A stretch of DNA of 64,000 nucleotides, from the sequence record NC_028780.1; one strand, written 5' to 3'. Source of the stretch: Escherichia phage slur07. Every line of letters starts with the position of its first letter. Position 1 is the stretch's first letter. This document shows positions 41,063 through 51,769 of the stretch, one piece after another. The notes beneath the pieces are model-generated. The model was not told where the DNA came from, made no database searches, and saw only the letters and a list, made by a program, of their open reading frames with translations. The position numbers and the translations under genes are program-made.

Positions 41063-43120
41063 ATGGAACTTATTACAGAATTATTTGACGGCGCTTCGGC
41101 GCCGGTTGTTAACTTAAATCCTAAGCATAAAATACCACAAATTTTTGCTATCCAAGCCGGCGAAGAAAGCGTGCTTCCTGGATTTAGATTTTGTACATAC
41201 ACCTCTGGTGGTGATACAAATAAAAACGTTAAGCCAGGCGATAAAATGATGCATATCGTAATGATAGGTGTCAATGAGAAACTATCATTAGTTAAGCTTA
41301 AAAACTTGGGTGGAAATCCAATTGGTGTCATTAATGCCGTTTTTGATACTGCTCTTCAAACAATGAAACAGTATAAAATCGACGCATGCCTATTCCGCGT
41401 ACTAAAGAGTAAAACAAATGGCGCAGCTCGTCAAATGCAAGTTATTGCTGACCGTTTAGTACGTACTAAAGGAGCAGGTCGATATGTTCTCTTAAAGGAA
41501 ATCTGGGACTATGATAAGAAATATGCATATATTATGGTTTACCGTAAAAATGCCAATTTAGAAGACATTCCAGGTGTACCTCCTATTTCAACTGAGTTAT
41601 TCACAAAAGTTGAATCAAAGGTTGGTGATGTTTATGTAGACGTTAAAACAGGTAATGCTGTTCCTAAAGCTGTCGCTGTTGCTGCTTCTATTGCTTTAGA
41701 AAATGATAAGCGCACTGATCAAGCTGTTATTCAGAAAACTAAAATTAGTCGTCGATTAGCAGCACAAGCTCAATATTCTACTGTTGATGCTTCACTTCAG
41801 GGTGATAGCTTCGCTGCCAAGAAATATCAAGAGTTTGAATCTAAAGTTCCGGTATATAAAGCAGAAGGACCAATGAACTCTGGCGTTATCCAGATTGGTT
41901 CAAACTTCAGCAAAGGAGCTATCGGTGGTATGAGAAGTGCTTCTCGTTTTAAATCTAATGATTATGAACTAGAAAGTTTCCGAAATCATATTGCATTGAC
42001 CCATGCACGTTTACGCGATCCATCTATCAAGCTGCAGAGCGATATAACATATCAAGGTTCTCAAGAATATTTAAAGAATAAAGAATTCTTTGATTATAAA
42101 ACTGATAAAATTTTAAGCGATCTTGCTGACATTAATATTTCTAATAGCTTTGATGTTATTAAGAAAATTATCAATGATTTAGTTAAAGATTCTAAAGCTA
42201 CATCAGATGAAAAGACAGCTATTATTCAATTTGTAATGAATGGCATTTATAAATTGATTAATGAATCTGCTGCTCAGGCATATGAATACGCAAGCACCGA
42301 AGTAACTCCAAAAGGACTGACTCAGGCTGAATCTGATGTAATTGAAGATTATTGTGCAGATTCATATGTTGAAATGAACTCGTTCCTTTTGGGTAAACCA
42401 GATTCTACCCGTGAAGAATACATGGAAAGAGCTATTAATCACATCGAGACGTTAGATTCTGCCTTTGCCAAAGGATCAGTTCTTCCTCCAGGAACTACAC
42501 TTTACCGTGGACAAGAAGTTACCTTTAAAACTTTGCGTCATAACATTGAAAACAAAATGTTCTATTTCAAGAACTTCGTATCGACATCACTTAAACCAAA
42601 TATCTTCGGTGAGCATGGTAAAAACTATATGGCTCTAGATGATTCCGGCGCAGTATTTTCTGGCGAAGGAGAAGGTTCCGTTGATGCAGAAGATTTAATG
42701 CATATGGGTAGTCATTCTACATATGCCAATGAAGATGCTGAAACTAGCGTAGGTATGGTAATTAAAGGGGCTGAGCGAATCAAAGTTATCGTTCCAGGTC
42801 ATTTATCAGGATTTCCATCAGAAGCTGAAGTTATTCTACCACGTGGAATTTTACTGAAGATTAATAAAGTAAGTACGTACTTTATGAAAGAAACTGCTTA
42901 TAACAAGTATCTAATCGAAGGTACAATCGTTCCTCCTTCTGAACAATTAGAGGAATCGGTATATGATGGCGACCATTTAATGGAAACTGGTGAAGTTCGT
43001 CCAATGGCTGGATTTAATCAATTCCTTGTAGAAGAATCAAAAGAAGAGGAAAACGAAGTTTCTCAAATCTTGGCTTCTTTGGTTAACATCAACGGAATGT
43101 CTAAAAAGTTCAAAATGTAG
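41063..43120 (+). CDS. Alt paralogue (second ADP-ribosyltransferase)
   Basis: 685 aa; same fold signature with YRGQ, FVSTS, SEAEVILPRG; conserved N-terminal third, divergent central region. Confidence 0.85.
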   Translation: MELITELFDGASAPVVNLNPKHKIPQIFAIQAGEESVLPGFRFCTYTSGGDTNKNVKPGDKMMHIVMIGVNEKLSLVKLKNLGGNPIGVINAVFDTALQTMKQYKIDACLFRVLKSKTNGAARQMQVIADRLVRTKGAGRYVLLKEIWDYDKKYAYIMVYRKNANLEDIPGVPPISTELFTKVESKVGDVYVDVKTGNAVPKAVAVAASIALENDKRTDQAVIQKTKISRRLAAQAQYSTVDASLQGDSFAAKKYQEFESKVPVYKAEGPMNSGVIQIGSNFSKGAIGGMRSASRFKSNDYELESFRNHIALTHARLRDPSIKLQSDITYQGSQEYLKNKEFFDYKTDKILSDLADINISNSFDVIKKIINDLVKDSKATSDEKTAIIQFVMNGIYKLINESAAQAYEYASTEVTPKGLTQAESDVIEDYCADSYVEMNSFLLGKPDSTREEYMERAINHIETLDSAFAKGSVLPPGTTLYRGQEVTFKTLRHNIENKMFYFKNFVSTSLKPNIFGEHGKNYMALDDSGAVFSGEGEGSVDAEDLMHMGSHSTYANEDAETSVGMVIKGAERIKVIVPGHLSGFPSEAEVILPRGILLKINKVSTYFMKETAYNKYLIEGTIVPPSEQLEESVYDGDHLMETGEVRPMAGFNQFLVEESKEEENEVSQILASLVNINGMSKKFKM

Positions 43121-43149
43121 TTTACAAGTCCCTCGTGTTGTGTTATAGT
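43120..43149 (+). promoter_or_regulatory. early promoter (repeat family 2, copy B)
   Basis: 54-bp near-identical copy of 27304-27357; -35 GTTTACA overlaps the TAG stop of the alt paralogue. Confidence 0.5.
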
Positions 43150-43180
43150 AGTCTTACTGACATAACATGAGGAACACAAA

Positions 43181-43471
43181 ATGAAATCTTCTTTACGCTT
43201 TTTAGGTCAAGAACTTGTAGTTGAAGGCGTTATTCCTGTTGATAATGCTTTTAATGAAGCAGTTTACGATGAATTTATTAAAATTTTTGGAACAGATAAA
43301 AAGTTCGGAATTTTTCCTTCTGAAAATTTTTCAAAGCCAGAACAGACTGAAAGTATTTTTCAGGGTGTAGTAACAGGTAAATTTGAGTCAGAAGCTCCGG
43401 TAAAAATTGAAGTTTATATTGAAGACAGTTTAGTTGCTTCAGTTTCTGCTTTCATTTCATTCCGTAAATAA
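43181..43471 (+). CDS. hypothetical protein
   Basis: 96-aa ORF with SD GAGGAA upstream. Confidence 0.5.
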   Translation: MKSSLRFLGQELVVEGVIPVDNAFNEAVYDEFIKIFGTDKKFGIFPSENFSKPEQTESIFQGVVTGKFESEAPVKIEVYIEDSLVASVSAFISFRK

Positions 43472-43477
43472 AAATAT

Positions 43478-43495
43478 GGGGACCGAAAGGTCCCC
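43478..43495 (-). terminator. hairpin terminator downstream of gene 54 (palindromic)
   Basis: GGGGACC-GAAA-GGTCCCC; U-rich tract on the minus-strand 3' side. Confidence 0.55.
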
Positions 43496-43499
43496 ATTG

Positions 43500-44465
43500 T
43501 TATATTGCTCCTAATATTTTACTCTGCGAATTAACAATTCCTGTCATAGTATTAATGTTTGAAATGCTTCCAGCAGTCCCTCCTAATCTACTAAGTCGTG
43601 AAAGCGAATTAGATAGTCCAGTAACACCTCCACTATTTCCGAGAACGCTTTGAATACCATTTATAGCAGCAGATTCAAGCCATTCAAGCGCAGCTTGCCT
43701 ATCAACTGCTCCAGCCTGCATCACTCTATACGCAAAAGTAACATCAAATGTAGTTATTTGGTTATCTCCATCATATGATAACTCAGGAGCGCTCACTGAT
43801 ATTGGAATGCATCCAGTGAACATCACCGCAGTATGAGGCAATCCATTACGAGAATGAAGATTAACCTGAATATCTGCCTCGACATCCTGTGGCAAAGCGC
43901 GTAATCCAGTTACTGGGTCTTGAACGGAGTTAACCCAGTCTTGCATTGCACGATAGTTACAAGCTTCTGAATCCATTCTAAATGAAATAACCAAAGGGTC
44001 TAATTCTCTCCCGGTTATGCGAATATTAGGAGAATTGTAGTTCCAGTCAGTTTCATAGGATAATCTATTCTCTGGCATTTTTACAGAGTATATCATCAAT
44101 CCAGATGAGTTATATGCCATGTTAAAGAAGTCAATTAAATATGTACCAACTGTAAATGAGCCTAATAAACTTTGAACTGTACGTTGACTCATGGCACCAA
44201 TAAGATATTTACTAACCCCTGATTTTCTTATCAGTTTTTGTGTGCCAGCAGTAATTAGCGTGGTAATTCCCTGATTAATATCACCTTGAGTCAATCCTAA
44301 CCAATCTGAATTTAGGCCCAAGTTATTATAAGAAAAGTTGCTAATTGAACTTATCAACGAAGAGCTTTTAGTTGATGGAGTTGTCGCAAAAACGCAGCTA
44401 AACATATTATTACGTTGGAAATCTGCGTTTATTGCTTGATTATTAAATTCCTCTAAAGAATACAT
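43500..44465 (-). CDS. 54: gp54 baseplate tail-tube initiator
   Basis: 321 aa matching T4 gp54 in position and sequence. Confidence 0.9.
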   Translation of the reverse strand: MYSLEEFNNQAINADFQRNNMFSCVFATTPSTKSSSLISSISNFSYNNLGLNSDWLGLTQGDINQGITTLITAGTQKLIRKSGVSKYLIGAMSQRTVQSLLGSFTVGTYLIDFFNMAYNSSGLMIYSVKMPENRLSYETDWNYNSPNIRITGRELDPLVISFRMDSEACNYRAMQDWVNSVQDPVTGLRALPQDVEADIQVNLHSRNGLPHTAVMFTGCIPISVSAPELSYDGDNQITTFDVTFAYRVMQAGAVDRQAALEWLESAAINGIQSVLGNSGGVTGLSNSLSRLSRLGGTAGSISNINTMTGIVNSQSKILGAI

Positions 44466-45559
44466 TAAAAAGTCCCCGCATATAAAGAAGCACGGTTTAA
44501 CGTGATAATTTCTCTCATAGTAATCTCAAGAGTAAATGTACTAGGGAGGTTTGGAGCAATAGCTAATCCGTTAAAGTTACCATTAGGTGTTTTATCAAAT
44601 CTGATGCTTTGTATTTGGCATGGGCCAAATATTTCCGTTTTTCCATCAAACTTAGATGTTGCACCAAAGTTTTTCACCATCCAAATTGTCGGGTTTGAAA
44701 CTACTAGAACGTTAGTTAAACTCGATGTCATTTTCTCAAATAGTGTTTTATTTTTAGCTGCGTCTTCCGGAGATAAAGGTTCAATTAACGTAGAACGATA
44801 CCAATCATCTAAATACCCCTTTATTTCAGCAGCATATTGAGATTTACCAGTTTCACCATAAGAAAAATAGTTAAAATATTGATAGATATTAATAATAGCC
44901 ATTAAATCTTCTGTTGAACGTGGAGTCAAATCCCAAGTAAACACTTTAGTTCTATTTTCAGCACCACCATACATACTTCGAGCCGTAGTGTATATTTGTT
45001 CATTATTATCAGCCATTATACCTTGTGTTATACTTTCCAGTGCTCCAAATACTGCAGTTGAAGCAATATTACTTAGCACACCAGTAGCAGTACCTCCGCC
45101 TCTGCTGATAAGACTTTCTTGAACATCATTAAATCTATGTGATGATGTATCAACATCGGATTTAGATCTTGGTAAAAGAATATTTGCAACAGGGGCTTTA
45201 CTTATTGTTCCTGAATTATTATCTGATATTAATCCATTTGACAGTTTTGATACTGTATTACTGATAGTGTTTCTGGCTGTACGTAAAATACTCGAAGATG
45301 AAGAAGAGTAGTTAGATCTCATCGATCTAAGACTTCCAGAATCCCTAGATGACATATTGTATGCAGTAAATAATAATCCATTCTTATATAGATCTGTTAC
45401 CTGGAAGTCCCCTGTAGTGTCATTACCACTAGCACGCCCAGTTGGAAACTGGGCTGTGTATGTTTTAGTTCCTACTTCTGATTTAGTACTCTGTCCGGCT
45501 GAAATTTTCTCACCGGACTTTTTAATTAAATCAGCAGTTATTTCTTTAACAATTGCCAT
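44465..45559 (-). CDS. 48: gp48 baseplate tail-tube junction protein
   Basis: 364 aa, same length as T4 gp48. Confidence 0.9.
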   Translation of the reverse strand: MAIVKEITADLIKKSGEKISAGQSTKSEVGTKTYTAQFPTGRASGNDTTGDFQVTDLYKNGLLFTAYNMSSRDSGSLRSMRSNYSSSSSSILRTARNTISNTVSKLSNGLISDNNSGTISKAPVANILLPRSKSDVDTSSHRFNDVQESLISRGGGTATGVLSNIASTAVFGALESITQGIMADNNEQIYTTARSMYGGAENRTKVFTWDLTPRSTEDLMAIINIYQYFNYFSYGETGKSQYAAEIKGYLDDWYRSTLIEPLSPEDAAKNKTLFEKMTSSLTNVLVVSNPTIWMVKNFGATSKFDGKTEIFGPCQIQSIRFDKTPNGNFNGLAIAPNLPSTFTLEITMREIITLNRASLYAGTF

Positions 45560-45567
45560 ATTATTCC

Positions 45568-47340
45568 TTAATTAACCCCAGTCGCATCAAATACACCAGG
45601 AGCAGTTGTGCTTGTGACAGGTGTCATATTATGAACGACAGTATTTTTCTTAATAACATTATTAGTATTGTTGATTGAAGGAGATGCTTGTTGAACAGGA
45701 GCTTGCTGTGCTTTGTTCTTTTCTATTACCTGGACTTGTTTTGCTTCTGGCGATTTAGCAGAAGTTTCAGGTTTGGCATTAGGCTGATTTTTCTTGAGCT
45801 CTTGATAAGTAGCATCAATTTTAGAAAATCTAGCAGCAAGTTCTTTTTTAACTGCCGGTGAATTATTTAAATCCGGGTCATCCATCCGTTTTTTAAGGTC
45901 TTCATAGGCAGATTCAACAGATTTAACCGTTGAGTCTTTACTCATATCAGCTGAATCAGCATATTTTTCAAAGCGAATCATTGCGGCACGGGCTTCATTA
46001 GCCTTCATTAAAGCATTTTTTCTTTCTTCAGGTGAAAGTTGCTTTAATTTTTCTTCTTCTGCTGCACGTTCTTCGTCGGTAGTTAGTGCTTCTTTATTAT
46101 CAACCCCACGAATCCAATTAGATGCACGAGTTTTCCAATTAGCAATTTTATCTAATCCTTTTGCTATCGGACCAAGGTCTCCGTTCATTCGTTTATCTTG
46201 ATAATTTGCAACTTTTTCCTGGTCTTCTTTATTGAGAGATGCTCCAGTAGAATTTTGGAAATTTTCTAATGCTCTTCCTTCTACTTCATCAGCAGTATCC
46301 TTCATACCAGGAATGACTCGAAGAATTGCTGCAGATAATTTAGCCATACCTAATTGAATAAGTTCACCTAAATTAAAAAGAACACTTCCGAGTCCTTCAA
46401 CAATAGCTGCTGTCAATCCACCCCAATCTCCCGCTTCCCAAAGTTGTTTAATTTTATCAATAGAATCAAAGATGCTCTGTAATAAAGGACCCCATGTTCC
46501 GGTTTCGCTAGAGAATTTAGTAAAGTCAGTATTAAATAAATCCCAGGCTTTTGAAAATTTATCTGACCAGTATTTAAAATGAACCATCAACAGGTCTATT
46601 CCAACAACAACAGCCAATATCATTGCAGTCATTTTAGCAGCTTCAATAGCAGCACTGATGGTGTACTTAAATAACATGCTTGATATTTTATCAGTAATTG
46701 AAATGGATTTTTTAAATCCAAAATCAACAGTCTTCGTTAATTTATCTAAAGCTTGAGATAATTTTAAGTTAAATGCTTCTTTTTTCTGTTTTTCTTCTGG
46801 CGATTCTTGTTTGGGTTCAACTGGCTGAGGGGTAGGGAAAAAATCAGCGTCAGGATCATTATTAACTGCTTCAGGGGCCGGTAATAAAGGACCCACAGAT
46901 TCAGCTGTATCATCCTCAACGACTTTAACAGGAATAGCGCTTTCAACTGTGGCTAAACTAGTTCCAGTCTGTTGAATTCCAGCTGTCTGAATTTTTTGCT
47001 CTAGTAAACTTGTTAATTTATCTAATTTACTTCCGAGTGATTCACCGATTTCTTTATTAATATTGTTGCCAATTTCGACAGTTTCAGCAATTAACTCAGA
47101 ACCGGCAGTAGTATCACTCACTGCGCTTTCTACGTTACCAATTGCTCCAACTATTTCATTCGATTTTTCTTCGACAGTTTGAGCTATTAATTCAGAAGCA
47201 GCTTGAGCATCATCCAATTTCGTAGATATATCATTAAGTCCAGATAAAGTGTTGGAAGCGGATTTAGCCGCTTCCTGTGTTGGTTTATTATCTGAAATAA
47301 CTTTTCTACGCATCGTTTGCATTTCTTGTGGCTTTTTCAT
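45568..47340 (-). CDS. 29: gp29 baseplate hub / tail-length determinator
   Basis: 590 aa, same length as T4 gp29. Confidence 0.9.
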   Translation of the reverse strand: MKKPQEMQTMRRKVISDNKPTQEAAKSASNTLSGLNDISTKLDDAQAASELIAQTVEEKSNEIVGAIGNVESAVSDTTAGSELIAETVEIGNNINKEIGESLGSKLDKLTSLLEQKIQTAGIQQTGTSLATVESAIPVKVVEDDTAESVGPLLPAPEAVNNDPDADFFPTPQPVEPKQESPEEKQKKEAFNLKLSQALDKLTKTVDFGFKKSISITDKISSMLFKYTISAAIEAAKMTAMILAVVVGIDLLMVHFKYWSDKFSKAWDLFNTDFTKFSSETGTWGPLLQSIFDSIDKIKQLWEAGDWGGLTAAIVEGLGSVLFNLGELIQLGMAKLSAAILRVIPGMKDTADEVEGRALENFQNSTGASLNKEDQEKVANYQDKRMNGDLGPIAKGLDKIANWKTRASNWIRGVDNKEALTTDEERAAEEEKLKQLSPEERKNALMKANEARAAMIRFEKYADSADMSKDSTVKSVESAYEDLKKRMDDPDLNNSPAVKKELAARFSKIDATYQELKKNQPNAKPETSAKSPEAKQVQVIEKNKAQQAPVQQASPSINNTNNVIKKNTVVHNMTPVTSTTAPGVFDATGVN

Positions 47341-47870
47341 TCAAATAATCCAATAATATTGCCAATTCCAGTTATTGGACCATTAGGGCCAGGAATTGCT
47401 AAAGTTGTAAAAATATCATTTGCCCATTTTAAAACGAATGCTGGCATCTCAAGAAAATTAATTTCTTTAACTTCATCATTGACCTTAAGCAAGCATTTAG
47501 ATAACATATCGCTCACCGTTAAAAATTGTTCAAATTTTCCAGGAGGTCTAAAATAAAATGTATTTCCTTGGTATTGAAATTCTAATCTTTGGCATACATA
47601 AACATCATTAATGTCATAAGTATAGCCATCTATTTCTTTACGAGATTTAATCTTTCCATTAAATTCCAATAAATGAATAGAAACGAAATCAACTTCTGCC
47701 GGTGATAAATTCGGACAAATAGAATCAATAAGAAGTTTTAAATTTTCATCAGGGCCTTTAACATCTTTTAAAATGTTATAATGTTTAAGACCCATTTTAG
47801 GAATAGAAACTTCTTTATTACTTATTGGAAGAACTACTTTCTTCAGTGGTAGTATCAGATTTAAATTCAT
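47337..47870 (-). CDS. 28: gp28 baseplate hub distal subunit
   Basis: 177 aa, same length and position as T4 gp28. Confidence 0.85.
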   Translation of the reverse strand: MNLNLILPLKKVVLPISNKEVSIPKMGLKHYNILKDVKGPDENLKLLIDSICPNLSPAEVDFVSIHLLEFNGKIKSRKEIDGYTYDINDVYVCQRLEFQYQGNTFYFRPPGKFEQFLTVSDMLSKCLLKVNDEVKEINFLEMPAFVLKWANDIFTTLAIPGPNGPITGIGNIIGLFE

Positions 47871-48990
47871 TTTTAACCTTAACTGGGTCTATTGTTTCCA
47901 GTTTCGTTGCATTAGTGAACATATATAGATGAGTTACTGAATTATTATTGGATAATTCATGGATAACTTCATCAACGTAAAATTCTGTTTTAAATTGGTT
48001 TTTACTATCATTAAAAATAATTTTAACACCAGGAGTCAAGTTAAAATTACCGACAGTAGAACATTTAGCATAGCCGTCATATTGTGCCATAGTTTGAAGA
48101 CGAATAGCTTCTTCATATCCATTCCTATAAGTCATTTCAGAATAAGCACCTGACCTTGACACTACAATAGAGTTTTCGCCCTTTCCTGTAGTAATCATTG
48201 GCAGTGAAGAATCTAAAAATGAATGAGCATAGATAGTAGCATTTTTCATTGGGTCACGTTTGTGAGGATTCGATTTAGTCAACCAAACAAAATCATATGC
48301 TAATGGGTATTTTAATTCTTGGACAAATTGACCTATTAAAGATGGCTCACCGACAATCATTGGATATGGTTCTTGATTTATCATCATATCATAGTCCATC
48401 ATGTTAACTCCCATGATGTCTTGCCATACAAATACAAATTTGTCGCTTCCTACAGCTAGAGCAACTTCTCTTACATATGACAAATAGTTTTCAAATGTGC
48501 TAGTCCATGGAATATCAGGAACATAAGCATTTATAGCATTTATTGCTGGAGTTAATAATGTGCGATCCTGATAAATGACACCAAGCATTTCTTTTATAGA
48601 TTCACCTGCATCAGGGAAAAATGGTCTACCAAATTTAAGATTTTCTATAGAATGAATAGTTCCCAATTCAATAGCAATGATGTTATCACCTTTTGAATCT
48701 ACTGACACTGAAAAATGCTTACATCCATAAATTCGTGTTTTAACATTATTAATATCGTTTGCATTAGCTACAGAAATCTGAATTATTTCATTTCCATCCA
48801 TTTTTGTATGGATGTTTTTAGAATCATAAAACTGCAGCATTCCTTCATTTCGGCCATAAAGAGAATCCCGCATAGTTAATGTGGTAATAGTAGCAGCTAA
48901 TTCAACAAATCTATTATTACTCCAAGCGTCGTAGCTATCAAATAATTTAACGCTGAGATTTGGATATCCTGGGCGTTGCAACATACTCAT
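47818..48990 (-). CDS. 27: gp27 baseplate hub subunit
   Basis: 390 aa matching T4 gp27; 3' end overlaps gene 28 start. Confidence 0.9.
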   Translation of the reverse strand: MSMLQRPGYPNLSVKLFDSYDAWSNNRFVELAATITTLTMRDSLYGRNEGMLQFYDSKNIHTKMDGNEIIQISVANANDINNVKTRIYGCKHFSVSVDSKGDNIIAIELGTIHSIENLKFGRPFFPDAGESIKEMLGVIYQDRTLLTPAINAINAYVPDIPWTSTFENYLSYVREVALAVGSDKFVFVWQDIMGVNMMDYDMMINQEPYPMIVGEPSLIGQFVQELKYPLAYDFVWLTKSNPHKRDPMKNATIYAHSFLDSSLPMITTGKGENSIVVSRSGAYSEMTYRNGYEEAIRLQTMAQYDGYAKCSTVGNFNLTPGVKIIFNDSKNQFKTEFYVDEVIHELSNNNSVTHLYMFTNATKLETIDPVKVKNEFKSDTTTEESSSSNK

Positions 48991-49739
48991 TATTGTTTAT
49001 CCTTCTCAATCAGTTTTAATACGAATCCGCGCTCAGCAGGAATCATTTTCATTATTGAATTTAAGCTATAATTACTTTTTACGAGCGTGTGATTGATTTG
49101 ATAAAAAGTAAATATTTCATCTGGGTTAACTAATAGCTTAAACACATCTACTATATCAGTGTATTTTTTTACATACTTATTACAACATGACATATGCAAT
49201 GTTAAATTAATAGGATTCATTGCATCGAGAATTTTTTCTAATGTTTCTATCTCGATGGCATCAACAAGTTCTATTTGACTCGATTCGCTAATTTCCTTCC
49301 AATCATACCACATTTCATCTACTTGAACAGAATGAATATTTTCAGTAATCATCTTTGCTTTATTTTCATAAAACTCAGAAGGAAACTTTAATTTAATTTT
49401 AACATTAGCTACATCAAAAACAGGTTCCTTTAATTCTTTTTGATATATTTCAAATGGAACTGTCTTTTCTTTTTTGCATTTTGGACACACAAATGTGACC
49501 GGTACTTTAGTTTTACCTATTGACCCTACAAATACCTGCAAAAATATAAATGGTTGCCAAGTCTTCGGATAGTCTCCAAAATAATCAGCAATTAAATCAG
49601 CAATTATTTCTTTTTGTTCTTGTGGTGACCGATGTTCTATATCGTTTCGAACTAACAAAAAATCTCGATAATCTTCTACCGTAAATGGTTTAAAACGATG
49701 AACACCATCTGGTAATTTACAACGAATAATGTTTGCCAT
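48990..49739 (-). CDS. 51: gp51 baseplate hub assembly catalyst
   Basis: 249 aa, same length and position as T4 gp51. Confidence 0.88.
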   Translation of the reverse strand: MANIIRCKLPDGVHRFKPFTVEDYRDFLLVRNDIEHRSPQEQKEIIADLIADYFGDYPKTWQPFIFLQVFVGSIGKTKVPVTFVCPKCKKEKTVPFEIYQKELKEPVFDVANVKIKLKFPSEFYENKAKMITENIHSVQVDEMWYDWKEISESSQIELVDAIEIETLEKILDAMNPINLTLHMSCCNKYVKKYTDIVDVFKLLVNPDEIFTFYQINHTLVKSNYSLNSIMKMIPAERGFVLKLIEKDKQ

Positions 49740-49789
49740 AGATGCTCCTTTTATTCTATTTATAAATATGATAAATAAAGGAGCTAAAT

Positions 49790-50416
49790 ATGTATGAATA
49801 CAAATTTGATGTGAGAGTTGGTTCTAAAATAATCAACTGTCGCGCATTTACTCTTAAAGAATATCTAGAACTTATTACTGCTAAAAAGAACGGTTCAGTA
49901 GAAGAGATCGTTAAAAAGCTAATCAAAGAATGCACAAATGCAAAAGATTTAAACCGCCAAGAATCAGAACTACTGCTGATTCATTTATGGGCACATTCTC
50001 TTGGAGAAGTTAATCACGAAAACTCCTGGAAGTGCACCTGTGGAACTGAAATACCAACCCATATAAATCTATTACATACACAAATAGATGCACCAGAAGA
50101 CCTCTGGTATACACTGGGTGACATTAAAATTAAGTTCCATTACCCTAAAATTTTTGATGATAAAAATATAGCCCACATGATAGTATCATGCATAGAAACG
50201 ATTCACGCTAACGGGGAAAGCATTCCAGTTGAAGACTTAAATGAAAAAGAACTGGAAGATTTATACTCTATCATCACAGAGTCAGATATTGTAGCTATAA
50301 AAGATATGCTTTTAAAGCCTACTGTTTATTTGGCTGTTCCAATTAAGTGTCCAGAGTGTGGAAAAACTCACGCTCATGTAATAAGAGGACTCAAAGAATT
50401 CTTTGAGCTATTGTAA
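49790..50416 (+). CDS. 26: gp26 baseplate hub subunit
   Basis: 208 aa, same length as T4 gp26; divergent from gene 51. Confidence 0.88.
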   Translation: MYEYKFDVRVGSKIINCRAFTLKEYLELITAKKNGSVEEIVKKLIKECTNAKDLNRQESELLLIHLWAHSLGEVNHENSWKCTCGTEIPTHINLLHTQIDAPEDLWYTLGDIKIKFHYPKIFDDKNIAHMIVSCIETIHANGESIPVEDLNEKELEDLYSIITESDIVAIKDMLLKPTVYLAVPIKCPECGKTHAHVIRGLKEFFELL

Positions 50417-50814
50417 TGGCAAATATTAATAAGCTTTATTCTGACATTGACCCAGAAATGAAAATGGATTGGGACAAAGACGTTTCTAGATCCCTTGGAT
50501 TAAGGTCAATTAAAAATAGCCTTTTGGGAATTATTACAACCAGAAAAGGGTCAAGGCCATTTGACCCAGAATTTGGATGCGATTTATCTGATCAGCTTTT
50601 TGAGAATATGACTCCTCTTACTGCTGATACTGTTGAGCGTAACATTGAAAGCGCAGTAAGAAACTACGAGCCACGTATTGATAAATTAGCAGTTAATGTA
50701 ATACCAGTTTATGATGATTATACTCTGATAGTAGAAATACGCTTTTCGGTCATCGATAATCCTGATGATATTGAGCAGATAAAACTGCAACTGGCTTCCA
50801 GTAATAGAGTATAA
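50416..50814 (+). CDS. 25: gp25 baseplate wedge protein
   Basis: 132 aa matching T4 gp25. Confidence 0.9.
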   Translation: MANINKLYSDIDPEMKMDWDKDVSRSLGLRSIKNSLLGIITTRKGSRPFDPEFGCDLSDQLFENMTPLTADTVERNIESAVRNYEPRIDKLAVNVIPVYDDYTLIVEIRFSVIDNPDDIEQIKLQLASSNRV

Positions 50815-50840
50815 TGCTTCACGTATAAACGTGGTATAAT
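50814..50840 (+). promoter_or_regulatory. MotA-dependent middle promoter of uvsY (oriF region)
   Basis: MotA box aTGCTTcA at 50814-50821, 13-bp gap, -10 TATAAT at 50835-50840. Confidence 0.6.
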
Positions 50841-50880
50841 GAATCTAAGTCCATCCAATAACAATTGAATAGAGAACAAT

Positions 50881-51294
50881 ATGAAATTAGAAGATCTTCA
50901 AGAAGAATTGAAGAAAGATGTGTTTATAGATTCGACTAAATTACAGTATGAAGCAGCTAATAATGTGATGTTATATAGTAAATGGCTTAATAAGCATTCA
51001 AGTATTAAAAAGGAAATGCTTAGAATTGATGCACAGAAAAAAGTTGCTCTTAAAGCTAAATTAGACTACTACTCGGGACGAGGAGATGGTGATGAATTTA
51101 GTATGGATCGTTACGAGAAATCAGAAATGAAGACAGTTCTATCGGCTGATAAGGATGTTTTAAAGGTTGATACCTCGTTGCAGTATTGGGGGATTTTATT
51201 GGATTTCTGTAGCGGAGCTCTTGATGCTATTAAATCACGTGGATTTGCTATTAAGCATATTCAAGACATGCGAGCATTTGAGGCTGGAAAATAA
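50881..51294 (+). CDS. uvsY: UvsY recombination mediator
   Basis: 137 aa matching T4 UvsY. Confidence 0.93.
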   Translation: MKLEDLQEELKKDVFIDSTKLQYEAANNVMLYSKWLNKHSSIKKEMLRIDAQKKVALKAKLDYYSGRGDGDEFSMDRYEKSEMKTVLSADKDVLKVDTSLQYWGILLDFCSGALDAIKSRGFAIKHIQDMRAFEAGK

Positions 51295-51518
51295 TGAGAT
51301 ATAGCATTGATGATGCTTTTAATTATGAAGAAGAATTTGAAACTGAGATTCAATTCTTAATGAAAAAGTATAATCTTAAGCGTCAGGATATTCGTATCCT
51401 GGCCGACCACCCGTGTGGTGAAGATGTCCTTTATATTAAAGGAAAATTTGCTGGATATCTTGATGAATATTTTTATTCTAAAGATATGGGCATTGATATG
51501 CATATGAGAGTTGTATAA
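51294..51518 (+). CDS. hypothetical protein (uvsY.-1 position)
   Basis: 74-aa ORF overlapping uvsY stop. Confidence 0.5.
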   Translation: MRYSIDDAFNYEEEFETEIQFLMKKYNLKRQDIRILADHPCGEDVLYIKGKFAGYLDEYFYSKDMGIDMHMRVV

Positions 51519-51546
51519 ATAGATATATAATTCAGAGGAGACAATC

Positions 51547-51714
51547 ATGTCAGATAAGATTTGTGTTGTCTGTAAAACTCCAATCGATTCTGCATTGGTT
51601 GTTGAAACAGACAAAGGTCCTGTACATCCTGGGCCTTGCTATAATTACATTAAAGAACTACCAGTTTCAGAAAGTTCGGAAGAACAATTAAATGAAACAC
51701 AACTTTTGCTATAG
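51547..51714 (+). CDS. small Cys-containing protein (uvsY.-2 position)
   Basis: 55-aa ORF MSDKICVVCKTPIDS...PGPCYNY with CxxC plus distal Cys; SD GAGGAG upstream; under 60 aa so absent from ORF track. Confidence 0.45.
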   Translation: MSDKICVVCKTPIDSALVVETDKGPVHPGPCYNYIKELPVSESSEEQLNETQLLL

Positions 51715-51737
51715 TGTGACCTTTAGTCTATAGTTTT

Positions 51738-51766
51738 GGCCCTTCCTTTTTGGTTGGGCCTTTTTT
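51738..51766 (+). terminator. candidate terminator between convergent uvsY and uvsW operons
   Basis: GGCCC...GGGCC stem with long loop followed by TTTTTTAATTT; weak hairpin. Confidence 0.35.
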
Positions 51767-51769
51767 AAT

